Shown in pieces: positions 33,260 to 42,767 of a stretch of DNA of 64,000 nucleotides; the stretch's first letter is position 1; every line of letters starts with the position of its first letter. The position numbers were made by a program, and so were the translations under genes. The notes under the pieces were generated by a model. It was not told the DNA's origin. It saw only the letters and a program-made list of their open reading frames with translations, and ran no database searches. This DNA is from Vicinamibacteria bacterium (GTDB lineage Bacteria; Acidobacteriota; Vicinamibacteria; Marinacidobacterales; Marinacidobacteraceae), in the NCBI GenBank assembly GCA_963668695.2, contig CAXXLQ010000004.1, positions 2,816,001 through 2,880,000 of the forward strand. The letters run 5' to 3'.

Positions 33260-34681
33260 CTAGCGTTCGGGTTTCAGCAAGGCTCGGAAGGCTGGAGGAA
33301 CGTTCATTCCGAGGGTTTCCGCTTTGGCCAAGTGGTTCCTGGCCTCGGCGGTACGACCTCGCTGGCGCGCCACATCCGCAAGCAGGAAATGGAGGCCGGC
33401 GCGTTGGCCGGCGGCCGCCTCGTCTTTCTCGGCGGCTGCCAATGCCCGATCCAGGGTTTCCGCCGCCTCGCTGAGCCGGCCCAGGGTTGCGAGCAACTGG
33501 CCGAGACCCTGCAGGGCTCCAGGGTGATCGGGTTCCTGGGCCAGCGCCAAGCGCAGGTAACGTTCCGCCTGCCGAAGATCGCCGCGCTGGAAGTGGAGGC
33601 TCGAGGCCCCGAGGAGCGTCGGGACGTGAGTCGAGTCGGCGGCGACCGAACGACGGTAGAGATCGTCGGCCTCCCGGTCGCGTCCGCTCCGTGCCAACAG
33701 GTTGGCCAGGTTAGCCATCGCCGCGCTCGAATCCGGGTCGCGCCCAAGGGCCTCGCGGTAAGCGGCTTCGGCGTCGTCGTTGCGGCCGAGCCGGGCGAGC
33801 GAGTTGCCGTGGTTGTAGTGCAGCTCCGCGCTGTCCGGACTCTCGGTGAGCAGGCGCCGATAGATGGCTTCGGCGGTCTGATGATCGCCGGCGGCGCTCG
33901 CGCGCCGGGCCCGGGCCTCCTGTCCCCGGCTGTCGGCCCGCAGATCCTCGACAGCGACGAGAAGGGGGTCTTGGTCCGCGGTGATCCCGAGGGACAGCGA
34001 GCGGGAGGCGGCCCGGGCGCGGGCGGCGGCATTCGCCGCAGCCTGGGGGTCCCCGAGGCGTCTTTCGATCTGGGACAGGAAGGACCACCCCGCGGCGGAA
34101 GACGGGACGCGGTCCACGACGAGTTCGAGTGCGGCGCGGGCACCCGTCAAATCGCCGTCCGCGATTCGACGTCGTCCAAGGGCGAGAGACGCCTCCGCGG
34201 AGTTCGGGGCGTTTTGCCGTAACGCCTCCCAGCCGGCTCCCGCCGCCTCGTCCTGGCCAGTCGCCTCCAGCGTTCGCGCGCTGAGAGCAAGGGACGGGGA
34301 AAAACGGGGATTCCGGCGGAGCGCCTCGCCGGCGAGTTCGAGGGCCCGAGCCGGGTCGGCGCCCTCCAGCAGCCGGCCGTGGAGGTGCGGCCAGCGGTGG
34401 TCGGCACCGCCGAGGCGCGCAGCCTCGGCGTAGGCAACCGCCGCCGGTCCGGTGAGACGATGGGCATGGAGGACCATCCCGAAACGGCCCCAAGCCGAAG
34501 AATCCCCCCGGTCCCGCTCAACCGCCGCCCGGGCGCGCCGGACGGCCTCGACAACGGAGGGCTCCATGCCGTCCGGGGAGACTTCGGGGATCTCGGCTCC
34601 CCCGCAGGCAGCCAGGAGCGCCAACAGCGGCCCCAGGAAACGACCCCCGCCGGCAGCGGTGGGGGCCGACGCCTCATTCAC
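33260..34681 (-). CDS. TPR-repeat lipoprotein
   Basis: Lipobox LLAAC; many TPR units (AWGRFG, HYNHGNSL, ALQGLG). Confidence 0.8.
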   Translation of the reverse strand: MNEASAPTAAGGGRFLGPLLALLAACGGAEIPEVSPDGMEPSVVEAVRRARAAVERDRGDSSAWGRFGMVLHAHRLTGPAAVAYAEAARLGGADHRWPHLHGRLLEGADPARALELAGEALRRNPRFSPSLALSARTLEATGQDEAAGAGWEALRQNAPNSAEASLALGRRRIADGDLTGARAALELVVDRVPSSAAGWSFLSQIERRLGDPQAAANAAARARAASRSLSLGITADQDPLLVAVEDLRADSRGQEARARRASAAGDHQTAEAIYRRLLTESPDSAELHYNHGNSLARLGRNDDAEAAYREALGRDPDSSAAMANLANLLARSGRDREADDLYRRSVAADSTHVPTLLGASSLHFQRGDLRQAERYLRLALAQEPDHPGALQGLGQLLATLGRLSEAAETLDRALAAAEKDEAAAGQRAGLHFLLADVARQRGRTAEARNHLAKAETLGMNVPPAFRALLKPER

Positions 34682-36290
34682 CGGGACTACCCTCGCCCCG
34701 AACCACGACCACCGCCTGGTCGAGGGCCGGTACCCGGAACACTTCCCGCGAGCCGTCCGACCAATGCACGCTCAGGCTCTGGAGCACGGTTGTGTCCGGA
34801 ATTCCGAAGTGGGCTCGCGGATCGCCGGAAGAGAGATACGAGACGCCCGGGTTCGCCCGCGCGATCCGGACCCCCGCCGCGGTCTGAAGGGCGACGGTGG
34901 CGCCGTGGTCGAGGGTGCCCGCCGGCAGCCGGGGTTCCACCATCAACCAGGCCCCCTCCCCGGCAGAGCGGTTCTCGAAAATCCGGGCGCGGCCGTCCGC
35001 GGCGGTAATCACCAGGTCGAGGTCGCCGTCCGCGTCCAGATCCCCGGCCGCCAGGCCGCGGCCGACAACGGGGATCTGGCTGAGTTCGGGCGACAGTGCC
35101 CCGGCGTCTCGGAAGCGGTCTCCGTCGCCGCGGAGGACCAGGGCAGGCTCCGCGTATTGCTCGAAGAACGGAGAACGTGGAGATTCCCCGGGGGGGCGGG
35201 CTACCCGTCCGTTGGCGATCACCGCATCGAGGATCCCGTCGTGGTCGAAATCTCCCAGGGCGACTCCGAACCCGGTCATGCGGAGGCCGAGCGTCCCGAG
35301 TCCGAGGTCGATCGAGCCGTCCACGAAGCCGATTCCCGGTTCCGCGAGATAGACGGTATTCGTCTCCTCGGCGAAGTGCGTGAGCAGGATGTCGAGGACG
35401 CCGTCGCCGCTTAGATCCCCTATCTCCACTCCCATCCCGGCTTCCGGGCGGCCGAAACCGCTGAGCGCGGCGCCCAATAGCAGCGCCTCTTCCCCGAAGG
35501 TCCCGTCGCCCTGGTTCACCCACAGGTGATTCGCCTCGGTGTCGTTCGCCACGTAGAAGTCCGGCCGTCCGTCGCCCGTGAAGTCCTGGCAAACGACTCC
35601 CAGGCCCCTGGCCGGCAGAGCCGCGATCCCGGTCTCGCTCCCGACTTCCACGAACGTGCCGTCGCCACGGTTGCGGTAGAGAAGATCCGGTAAGCCGGGT
35701 ATATCGGTCGGGTTGCAGTAGTCCTGCTCACCGGTGGCCGCGAAGCATGAGAAGCCCGGGTCGTAGTCCAGGTAGCGGGTCACGAAGAGGTCGAGGCTCC
35801 CATCCGCGTCGTAGTCGCAAAAGGTCGCGGATGCCGACCAACCTTGGTCCCAGGGTCCTCCGTCGGACACCTGGAAACCATCCGGGCCGGAGTTGAGCAG
35901 AAGGACGTCTCGCCCGAATCCGGTGCGAAAGAGGTCCAGATCTCCATCCCCGTCGACGTCTCCGGCCGCGACCCCCATGCCGTAAGCGCGGGTGGCCGGG
36001 ATTCCCGGGGCGTCGCCAAACCGGATTCCCGGACCGCGGTTCTCGAAGAGCCGGTCCTCGCCCTCACCCTGGACGAGATAGAGGTCCAGATCGCCGTCAC
36101 CGTCCTGGTCGAAGAGCGCGACTCCCGAACCCATGATTTCGGGCATGAAGTAGTCCGGGCGGCCGTCACCGGTGCTACCGGGGTGGTGGATGAATTCGGC
36201 GCCCGAATCGGAGGTTACGTCGGTGAAGCGCGGCTGCCCCGCGCCCGACGCGACGGCGACCGCGAGGCCCCCCGCGGCGACCATCCGCAA
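34674..36290 (-). CDS. CRTAC1-family FG-GAP repeat protein with ASPIC/UnbV C-terminus
   Basis: DxDGDGDLD repeats, GSGVALFD, EAGMGV, SYLSS..R.HFG. Confidence 0.85.
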   Translation of the reverse strand: MRMVAAGGLAVAVASGAGQPRFTDVTSDSGAEFIHHPGSTGDGRPDYFMPEIMGSGVALFDQDGDGDLDLYLVQGEGEDRLFENRGPGIRFGDAPGIPATRAYGMGVAAGDVDGDGDLDLFRTGFGRDVLLLNSGPDGFQVSDGGPWDQGWSASATFCDYDADGSLDLFVTRYLDYDPGFSCFAATGEQDYCNPTDIPGLPDLLYRNRGDGTFVEVGSETGIAALPARGLGVVCQDFTGDGRPDFYVANDTEANHLWVNQGDGTFGEEALLLGAALSGFGRPEAGMGVEIGDLSGDGVLDILLTHFAEETNTVYLAEPGIGFVDGSIDLGLGTLGLRMTGFGVALGDFDHDGILDAVIANGRVARPPGESPRSPFFEQYAEPALVLRGDGDRFRDAGALSPELSQIPVVGRGLAAGDLDADGDLDLVITAADGRARIFENRSAGEGAWLMVEPRLPAGTLDHGATVALQTAAGVRIARANPGVSYLSSGDPRAHFGIPDTTVLQSLSVHWSDGSREVFRVPALDQAVVVVRGEGSPGE

Positions 36291-36292
36291 GA

Positions 36293-37579
36293 TCAGCGGC
36301 GCAGTACCGATCGCGGGCCGATATCCCCAAGGCTCGGGGTCCCGGCGAGCTGCATGGCGAGTTTCAGCTCGGCCCGCAGAATCCGAAGCACGGCCTCGAC
36401 TCCCGCTTCCCCGAAGGCCGCGAGCCCCCAGAGGTAAGCGCGACCAATCAGGATGGCGTCGGCGCCGAGAGCCAGGGCCTTGAAAATGTCCACCCCGCGA
36501 CGGATCCCGCTGTCCATGATCACCGGGATTCGACCCGCAATCGCTCCCGCTACCTCGGGCAGACTGTCGATGGTGCCGATCCCGCTCTCCTCGGCGCGCC
36601 CACCGTGGTTCGAAACCACGATCCCGTCCACGCCGTGCTCCAGGCAGAGCTCGGCGTCTTCCGCGGTGACGATTCCCTTGAGCAGGATCTTCATGCTCGT
36701 GGCGTCACGGAGCCGCTTGACCACATCCCAGGTAAGCGAGGCATCGTTGAGCCCGGCGAAACGACTTCGTCCGTTCGCGTCTTCCACCTCGATCCCGTCG
36801 AACATGCTCTTCCGGGAGACATAGTTGGCGAAACCCGGGACATGGCAGATCTCGCATTCGCGCGGGTCGAGCCGGGCCGAGAGCGCCGTGGTGATCCGGT
36901 TGCTTCCGGCGGGGAGGTCCACCGTCAGCACTACAGCGGGACAACCCGCCGCCTCCGCGCGACCGACGAGCTGCTTGGTCACCTCGAAGGAAGTGGTCGG
37001 ATAGAGCTGGTACCAGACGGGCTCACCGCGCGCTTCGTTCACCTCTTCGACGCCGGAGGTAGTCACCGTGGAGAGCAGTTGGAGGTGGTCCACCGTCCGC
37101 GCGGCCCGCGCCACCGCGACCTCCCCCTCCGGGTGAAAGGCCTTCTGGCTTCCGCACGGCGCGATGCCGATGGGGGAGGTCCATTGCCGGCCAAAGAGTT
37201 CCACCGACATGTCCGGGTCCGATACGTCCACGAGCCGGCGCGCCCGGATGCCGACGTTCTCGAGAGCCCGCCGGTTGGCGGCGAGGGTTCCCTCGCCGTC
37301 CACGCCGGTGGCGATGTAGCCATAGTGCGCGGGAGGGAGGTTCTGCTCCGCGACCACCCGGAAGTCGAACACATCGACAGCTTCTTCCGGGGAACCGACA
37401 GGCATCCGGGGGAATTGGCTGTAGCCGAAATGTTCCATGCCGCCAGCATCCGGCGCCCGGGTTTCCTGCCCGCCCGCGGTGCGGGGTTCCCAACATCCCG
37501 AGGAAAACAGCAACGGACTCCCGGCCAGATAGCGCAGGAAGCGGCGACGATTCGGGGTTAGGTCGTTCGGGTCACGCAT
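36293..37579 (-). CDS. FMN-dependent alpha-hydroxy-acid oxidase/dehydrogenase with Tat signal
   Basis: NRRRFL; WYQLY, LTVD, LKGI, VSNHGGR, DSGIRRG.DIFKALALGA. Confidence 0.88.
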   Translation of the reverse strand: MRDPNDLTPNRRRFLRYLAGSPLLFSSGCWEPRTAGGQETRAPDAGGMEHFGYSQFPRMPVGSPEEAVDVFDFRVVAEQNLPPAHYGYIATGVDGEGTLAANRRALENVGIRARRLVDVSDPDMSVELFGRQWTSPIGIAPCGSQKAFHPEGEVAVARAARTVDHLQLLSTVTTSGVEEVNEARGEPVWYQLYPTTSFEVTKQLVGRAEAAGCPAVVLTVDLPAGSNRITTALSARLDPRECEICHVPGFANYVSRKSMFDGIEVEDANGRSRFAGLNDASLTWDVVKRLRDATSMKILLKGIVTAEDAELCLEHGVDGIVVSNHGGRAEESGIGTIDSLPEVAGAIAGRIPVIMDSGIRRGVDIFKALALGADAILIGRAYLWGLAAFGEAGVEAVLRILRAELKLAMQLAGTPSLGDIGPRSVLRR

Positions 37580-37822
37580 CGGTTCGCTCCTGAGGCGCCC
37601 GCCATTGTGTCACCCGCCCGCGAGCGGGCTACCACGAGCAGGATGGGCTGCTGATCGGCCCCGCTCCAGGAGCCGGGGAACGGGCCACCCCGGGTCGAGA
37701 GTTTGTGTTGGGGTCGTTTGGATTGTGCAAAGGACGGCACGGTATCATCGAGAATCGACGGCCGGGCAGCGACGCGACCGGGCGGCGAACGAGAGCGTTC
37801 CGAGGACGCGGGGGGAAAACCC

Positions 37823-39202
37823 ATGAACACGGCGATGCGTTTGGCAGCGAGTGAGAATCGGCGCTCAGACGGCGGGCCGCTCTGGAGTCGAAGGTCTCTG
37901 ATGCACTCCAGCTGCGCGGCGGCACTCCTGGCCCCCTGGGCTCGATTCGCGGGCGCGGCCCTTGGGTCGGGTGAAGGCGGATTGTCCGGAGCGGGTTCGG
38001 CGCCGGCTTCCGGCGGCCAGGACCCGGGGCTGGATACCGCGGGCGATGACATCGTCCTCGGGACTTCGGCTGCTTTCACCGGCCCCTCGCGTGGACTCGG
38101 TAACGAGCTGTACCGGGGCGCCATGGCCTACTTCAGCCACCTCAACGAGAGCGGCGGAGTCGGTGGGCGCCGGGTAGCGCTGAAGCTGTATGACGACGGC
38201 TATCAGCCCGACCCATGCGTTCAGAACACCCTGAAGCTGATGCTCGAAGACCAGGTATTCCTGCTGTTCGGCTACGTGGGGACGCCTACCGTGACCCGGG
38301 TCCTCCCCATGCTGAAGAAGTTCCAGCAACAGCAGATCTACATGTTCTTTCCGTTCACCGGCGCCCAACCGCAGCGGGAGCCGCCCTACCGGGATTTCGC
38401 CTTCAATCTGCGCGCGTCCTACCGCCAGGAGACGGCCGGTTTGGTGGAGAATTTTCGCGCCACCGGACGCCGCCGCATCGCGGTCTTCTACCAGGCCGAT
38501 GCCTATGGCCGGAGCGGTTGGGCGGGGGTCCGCGCCGCGCTCGAGAACCACGGCGAGACGATCGCGGGCGAGGCGACCTACCGGCGCGGCGCCCGCTTTA
38601 CCGGCACGATGCGGGCCCAGGTCGAAATCCTGCAAAAGGCGTCCCCGGACGCCGTGATCTGCGTGGGGGCGTACGCCGCCTGCGCCGCCTTCGCGCGGGA
38701 CGCGATTGACCTCGGTCTTCGGGTTCCCATTGCAAACCTTTCGTTCGTCGGCAGCGAGAATCTGGTGAACCTGCTCAGCGAGGGGCGCGACGACCCGGAG
38801 ACCTACACCCGGTGGCTCGTCAACTCGCAGGTGGTGCCGAGTTACGAGGACGAATCGGTGCCGGCGGTGCGGGAATACCGCGAGCTGATGGCGCGTTACA
38901 ACCCCCAGATTCCGGACCAGTTCGCGGATGACCCGTACGACCCGCTGCCCCAGAGCTTCGTCAGCCTGGAAGGATTCGTGAATGCGAAGCTGCTGAGCGA
39001 GATCTTCCGTCGCTTCGAGGGAACGCCGACCCGAGCCGGGCTGGAGGACGCGGTCTTCTCGATCCGCGACTTCGACCTCGGTATCGGCGAACAGGTCTCG
39101 TTCGGGCCCGACCGCCGGCAGGGGCTCCAGCGGGTCTATTACACGGTCGTCGAGGAGGGCCGTTTTGTCCCCTTGACCGATTGGAACGCGCTGCCCGCCT
39201 GA
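37823..39202 (+). CDS. LivJ-like (type 1) periplasmic substrate-binding protein
   Basis: G.SAAFTGP, DDGYQP, GYVGTPT, FN.RASY..E, YQ.DAYG; Tat-like SRRSLM. Confidence 0.85.
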   Translation: MNTAMRLAASENRRSDGGPLWSRRSLMHSSCAAALLAPWARFAGAALGSGEGGLSGAGSAPASGGQDPGLDTAGDDIVLGTSAAFTGPSRGLGNELYRGAMAYFSHLNESGGVGGRRVALKLYDDGYQPDPCVQNTLKLMLEDQVFLLFGYVGTPTVTRVLPMLKKFQQQQIYMFFPFTGAQPQREPPYRDFAFNLRASYRQETAGLVENFRATGRRRIAVFYQADAYGRSGWAGVRAALENHGETIAGEATYRRGARFTGTMRAQVEILQKASPDAVICVGAYAACAAFARDAIDLGLRVPIANLSFVGSENLVNLLSEGRDDPETYTRWLVNSQVVPSYEDESVPAVREYRELMARYNPQIPDQFADDPYDPLPQSFVSLEGFVNAKLLSEIFRRFEGTPTRAGLEDAVFSIRDFDLGIGEQVSFGPDRRQGLQRVYYTVVEEGRFVPLTDWNALPA

Positions 39203-39203
39203 C

Positions 39204-39969
39204 ATGAGAGTTCACAAGCTGTTCCAGCGGATGCGGTTCGGCATCTTCGCGCTCTTCGGATTGATCGTCCTTTCCACCTCCCTGCTCTGCATCCGGACAG
39301 TGGATACCGAACTCTCCGCGGAATACGCTGCCAACAGCCAGAGCATCGCCAAGACCATCGCCGATGCCAGCGTGGACATCCTCCTGAACCGGAACCTGGC
39401 GACGCTGCAATCGCTGATTGACCAGTTCGTCGAGGTTCAGGGGATCCGCTACATCTACATTACGGACGAGCAGGGCGAGTTCCTCGCGCACACTTTCGTA
39501 CCCGGAATTCCGGAGCAGATCCTGGAAAGCGATCCCTTCCGGACGGAGCCGGTCGAGCGCAGTCTGCCGGGCATGGGCGATTTCATCGAGGTCGGCAGTC
39601 CCATCCTGGCCGGGGTGGCGGGGACGGTTCATCTGGGGATGGATCTGGATCTGGTGGCCGCTCAAGATCCAGCGGGCGATCGGGCAACAGATCTATCTGA
39701 TCTCCATCCTTCTGGTGCTAGGTATCCTGGCGTCCATCTGGCTGGTGAACCTCGTCGCGCGCCCCCTGGCCGAGCTCCTCGCCTATGCGGTGGAAACCGC
39801 CAGGCGCCCCCCGGAACAAAGAGCCCACGCGATTGCCAAAGAGGAATTGCTGGCGCGTGACGACGAGGTCGGGCAGTTGGCGCGTCTGATCCTGTACCTC
39901 TCACAGACCCGGCCGCCCTCCGGGCCCGAGGCGCTGCCCGGCTCCCCGGAGGCGCGCCCGGCGGCGTGA
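39204..39969 (+). CDS. Membrane sensor-like protein (TM-periplasmic-TM-HAMP), frameshift near 39660
   Basis: ORFs 39204..39860 and 39418..39969 join into TM1, a periplasmic domain, TM2 and HAMP (RPL..L...DEVGQLA); no output domain. Confidence 0.7.
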
Positions 39970-40022
39970 CGGTCGAGGGAGGAGCTGGCCGGGACCGCAT
40001 CGTGATGGGCGGTCGGCCCTTA

Positions 40023-40203
40023 GCAGCCTGTGGACAAAGTCTCGCGGCGTTCGAGCGGCGATCCATCCCGGCTGAAACACTCCGCTTCGCGTCGTTCATC
40101 GTTGCGCTTCGGTCGAAATACACCCGGTATTCCTCCCTCGCGCGCCTTGTCAGCCGGGCGCCTCACCGCTCTCGGCGCTCACGACACTTTATCCACAGGC
40201 TAC
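40023..40203 (+). mobile_element. MITE-like element, clean 181-bp copy flanked by TA
   Basis: TA|GCAGCCTGTGGACAAAGT...ACTTTATCCACAGGCTAC|TA; lacks the 19-nt motif. Confidence 0.85.
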
Positions 40204-40216
40204 TAGGGAGCGTCGG

Positions 40217-41532
40217 GTGATCCAGCCTTCGCCCCGCGTCGCCCGGATCCTGGCAGTCACTGTCTGTACGGTGCTGCAACTGTGTTTCGGGACGGTGTAT
40301 GCCTGGAGTTTCTTCCAGACGCTGCTCGTCCGGCAGTCCGGTTGGACCTTCACCGAGACGGCCTGGGCATTCAGCCTCGCGATCTTCTCGCTTGGCGTGT
40401 CGGCGGCGTGGGCCGGGCAGGTATTGCCGAGGATCGGGCCCAGAAAGCTCGCGCTGGCGGGAAGCCTTCTGTTCTGCGGCGGATATGTGATCGCCGGGGT
40501 GGCCCTGCAACTCGATCACGTGCCGCTCTTTTGTCTCGGTTACGGCGTGGTCGGCGGAATCGGGATCGGGATGGGTTACGTGACCCCGGTCGCTACGGTC
40601 GCGAAGTGGTTCCCCGACAAGAAGGGGCTGGCGACCGGCATCGTGGTCATGGGTTTCGGAGTGGGTGCGCTCTTGCTGAGCAAGGGTCTGGCGCCGGTGC
40701 TGGTGGTTCAGGCGGCCGGCGATCTACCGCTGGTGTTCTTCGGGCTCGGCGCGGTCTTCGCGGTCATCCTGATTCCCGCGAGCCTCCTGATGAGCAATCC
40801 GCCCCCGGCGCCGGAAGCCTCGGGTTCGGCAGGAGGCGAGCGGCGCGGAGCTCCCGAGGAAGAAACGGTCAGGACCTACCTGAAGACCGGTCAGTTCCTG
40901 CTTCTCTGGATTGTCTTCTTCTTCAACATTGCGGCGGGAATTTCGATCATCAGCTTCCAGTCGGAGTTGCTCCAGGAAGTCTGGACCTTGGCCGACCCGT
41001 CGCTGGAACCGGCGGTGCTCGCCCAGTACGGAGCGACCCTGATCGCGGTGAGCTCGTTGTTCAACGGCGTGGGGCGTTTGTTCTGGGGACTCCTCTCGGA
41101 CCGGATCGGCCGGGTGAACGTCTTCCGGATTCTGCTCGCCACCCAGATGGTCGTGTTCGGAGTCCTCATGACCGAGACGAACCCCTGGATTTTCTCGATC
41201 CTCATCTGCTACGTCCTGCTCTGTTTCGGCGGCGGGTTCGCCACCATGCCACCCTTCATTCTGGACGTTTTCGGCGCCCGGAAGATGTCCGCCATGTACG
41301 GGGCGGTCCTGACCGCCTGGGCCGCGGCGGGAATCGCCGGTCCCTTGTATGTGGGTTATCTGAAGGACGTGTATCCCGACCGGGCGGTCATGTACTGCTC
41401 ATCGGGATCCTGATGCTCGGCGGGGGCTACCTCTTCTCGTACCTGCTGAACGACGAGCGGATTCGCCTGAGCAAGCCCACTCTGGAGGGCACGCTTCGGG
41501 AGTTCGGGATCGCGGCCCCCAAGAGCTCGTAG
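40217..41532 (+). CDS. OFA-family (oxalate/formate antiporter-like) MFS transporter, frameshift near 41397
   Basis: GTVYAWS, KWFPDKKGLATG.V.MGFG.G, NG.GRLFWG..SDRIGR, GGGFA; the last TM helix is in the alternative frame ending at 41532. Confidence 0.85.
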
Positions 41533-41546
41533 CGGCGCTCCGCCCT

Positions 41547-42713
41547 TCAGAGGCGGATTCGCCGTACTACCTGGCCGTTGTTCTCCCAGGGGGTTGCCTG
41601 GTAGCGCGAGGCCTCCACTTCGGTGGGCTGTACGCCGCCGGCGTCCCGCGCCCGGGAGACGAGGCGGTGCTGTCCGGGAGCCGCGGAAGGCCAGTCCATG
41701 ACAAAGCGACGCAGTCCGAACCGGTGGGTTGACGGCAGGAGTTCCGCCGGCTGGAAAGGGCCATCGTCCACGCTGACCTCGACCGCGGAGATCTCCGAGG
41801 CGCTGTCATTCCAGGCGAGCCCGTGAATCCGGAGGTCCGGCCCCGGATCCCCCTCGACGCGGGTAACGAGGGACTTCAGCCGCATCCGGCCGATCACGCT
41901 GGCGGTGTGGAGGATCCCGGAGGGGGTTTCCACGCCGCGCACGGTGACGTAGTCCTTGGCCTGGTACCAACCAGCAAAGCGGGACGGCCAGACCTCGATG
42001 CGTTCGACCCACTTCACCTGGGCGACACCGTAGAAGCCGGGGACGATCAGCCGGAGCGGACCGCCGTGCTCCCGGGGAAGGGGATCCCCGTTCATGGTGT
42101 CGGCGAGCAGCACCTCGGGTAAGAGCGCATCGGCTACCGGCAGGCTGCGGGCGAAGCGCCCGGGGTAGCGGTTCCCGCGGAGGCGCTCCTCGGCCGCGTC
42201 GGCTCCGAAGAAGACCACTTCCCGCGCGTCCGGACCGACGAGATCGTCGAGTAGCGGAGCGAGCGGAACTCCGCCCCAACGGGCGGCTCCTACGAGGCCG
42301 TGCATCCCGACGCCGCCGTTGCCGCAGCATTCGAACAGCGCGACCGACTCCTGCCGGAGCATTCCGGCCAGCTCGTCCAGGGTGAGCGTTTTGGCAGACG
42401 GGGCGCCCCGGATGCCGATTGCTAGTTGGAAGCGGGCTGCCTGAACCTCCGGAATCTCCCCGTGGTGCAGGACGAAGAACTCGTCGTTCGGCACCACCTC
42501 GCCGGTGACGCGGGTGAGGTCGGTGAAGCGCGCCCGGGTGCCGGGGGGCAGGGGTTCGAGGTCGGCCCACGGCAAGGAGTCGCTCGCCTGGCCCGCGCCC
42601 CGCGAAAGGGCCGGGAACGGCCGCGTCAAAACGGCCGCCGCCAGCCCGGCGAGAACGTGGCGCCGCCTCACGAATTGGGACGCCGGGTCTGTCCCTGCGA
42701 AGACGGCGGCCAC
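41547..42713 (-). CDS. Sulfite-oxidase-family molybdopterin oxidoreductase with Tat signal
   Basis: RRRHVL; FFV..H, ECCGN, W.GVPL, MNG.PLP..HGGPLRLIVPG.YG...VKW; C-terminal dimerization domain. Confidence 0.85.
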   Translation of the reverse strand: MAAVFAGTDPASQFVRRRHVLAGLAAAVLTRPFPALSRGAGQASDSLPWADLEPLPPGTRARFTDLTRVTGEVVPNDEFFVLHHGEIPEVQAARFQLAIGIRGAPSAKTLTLDELAGMLRQESVALFECCGNGGVGMHGLVGAARWGGVPLAPLLDDLVGPDAREVVFFGADAAEERLRGNRYPGRFARSLPVADALLPEVLLADTMNGDPLPREHGGPLRLIVPGFYGVAQVKWVERIEVWPSRFAGWYQAKDYVTVRGVETPSGILHTASVIGRMRLKSLVTRVEGDPGPDLRIHGLAWNDSASEISAVEVSVDDGPFQPAELLPSTHRFGLRRFVMDWPSAAPGQHRLVSRARDAGGVQPTEVEASRYQATPWENNGQVVRRIRL

Positions 42714-42767
42714 CGCCAGTCCCCCGGGGGACTGGCGGCGGCGCGCTCCCTCAACGGGTGGCTTCGA

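Noticed and set aside
39655-41400. Programmed frameshifting or pseudogenisation of the HAMP and MFS genes
   Set aside because: No slippery sequence, and the contig shows many indels elsewhere, so sequencing error is more parsimonious (needs reads to confirm)
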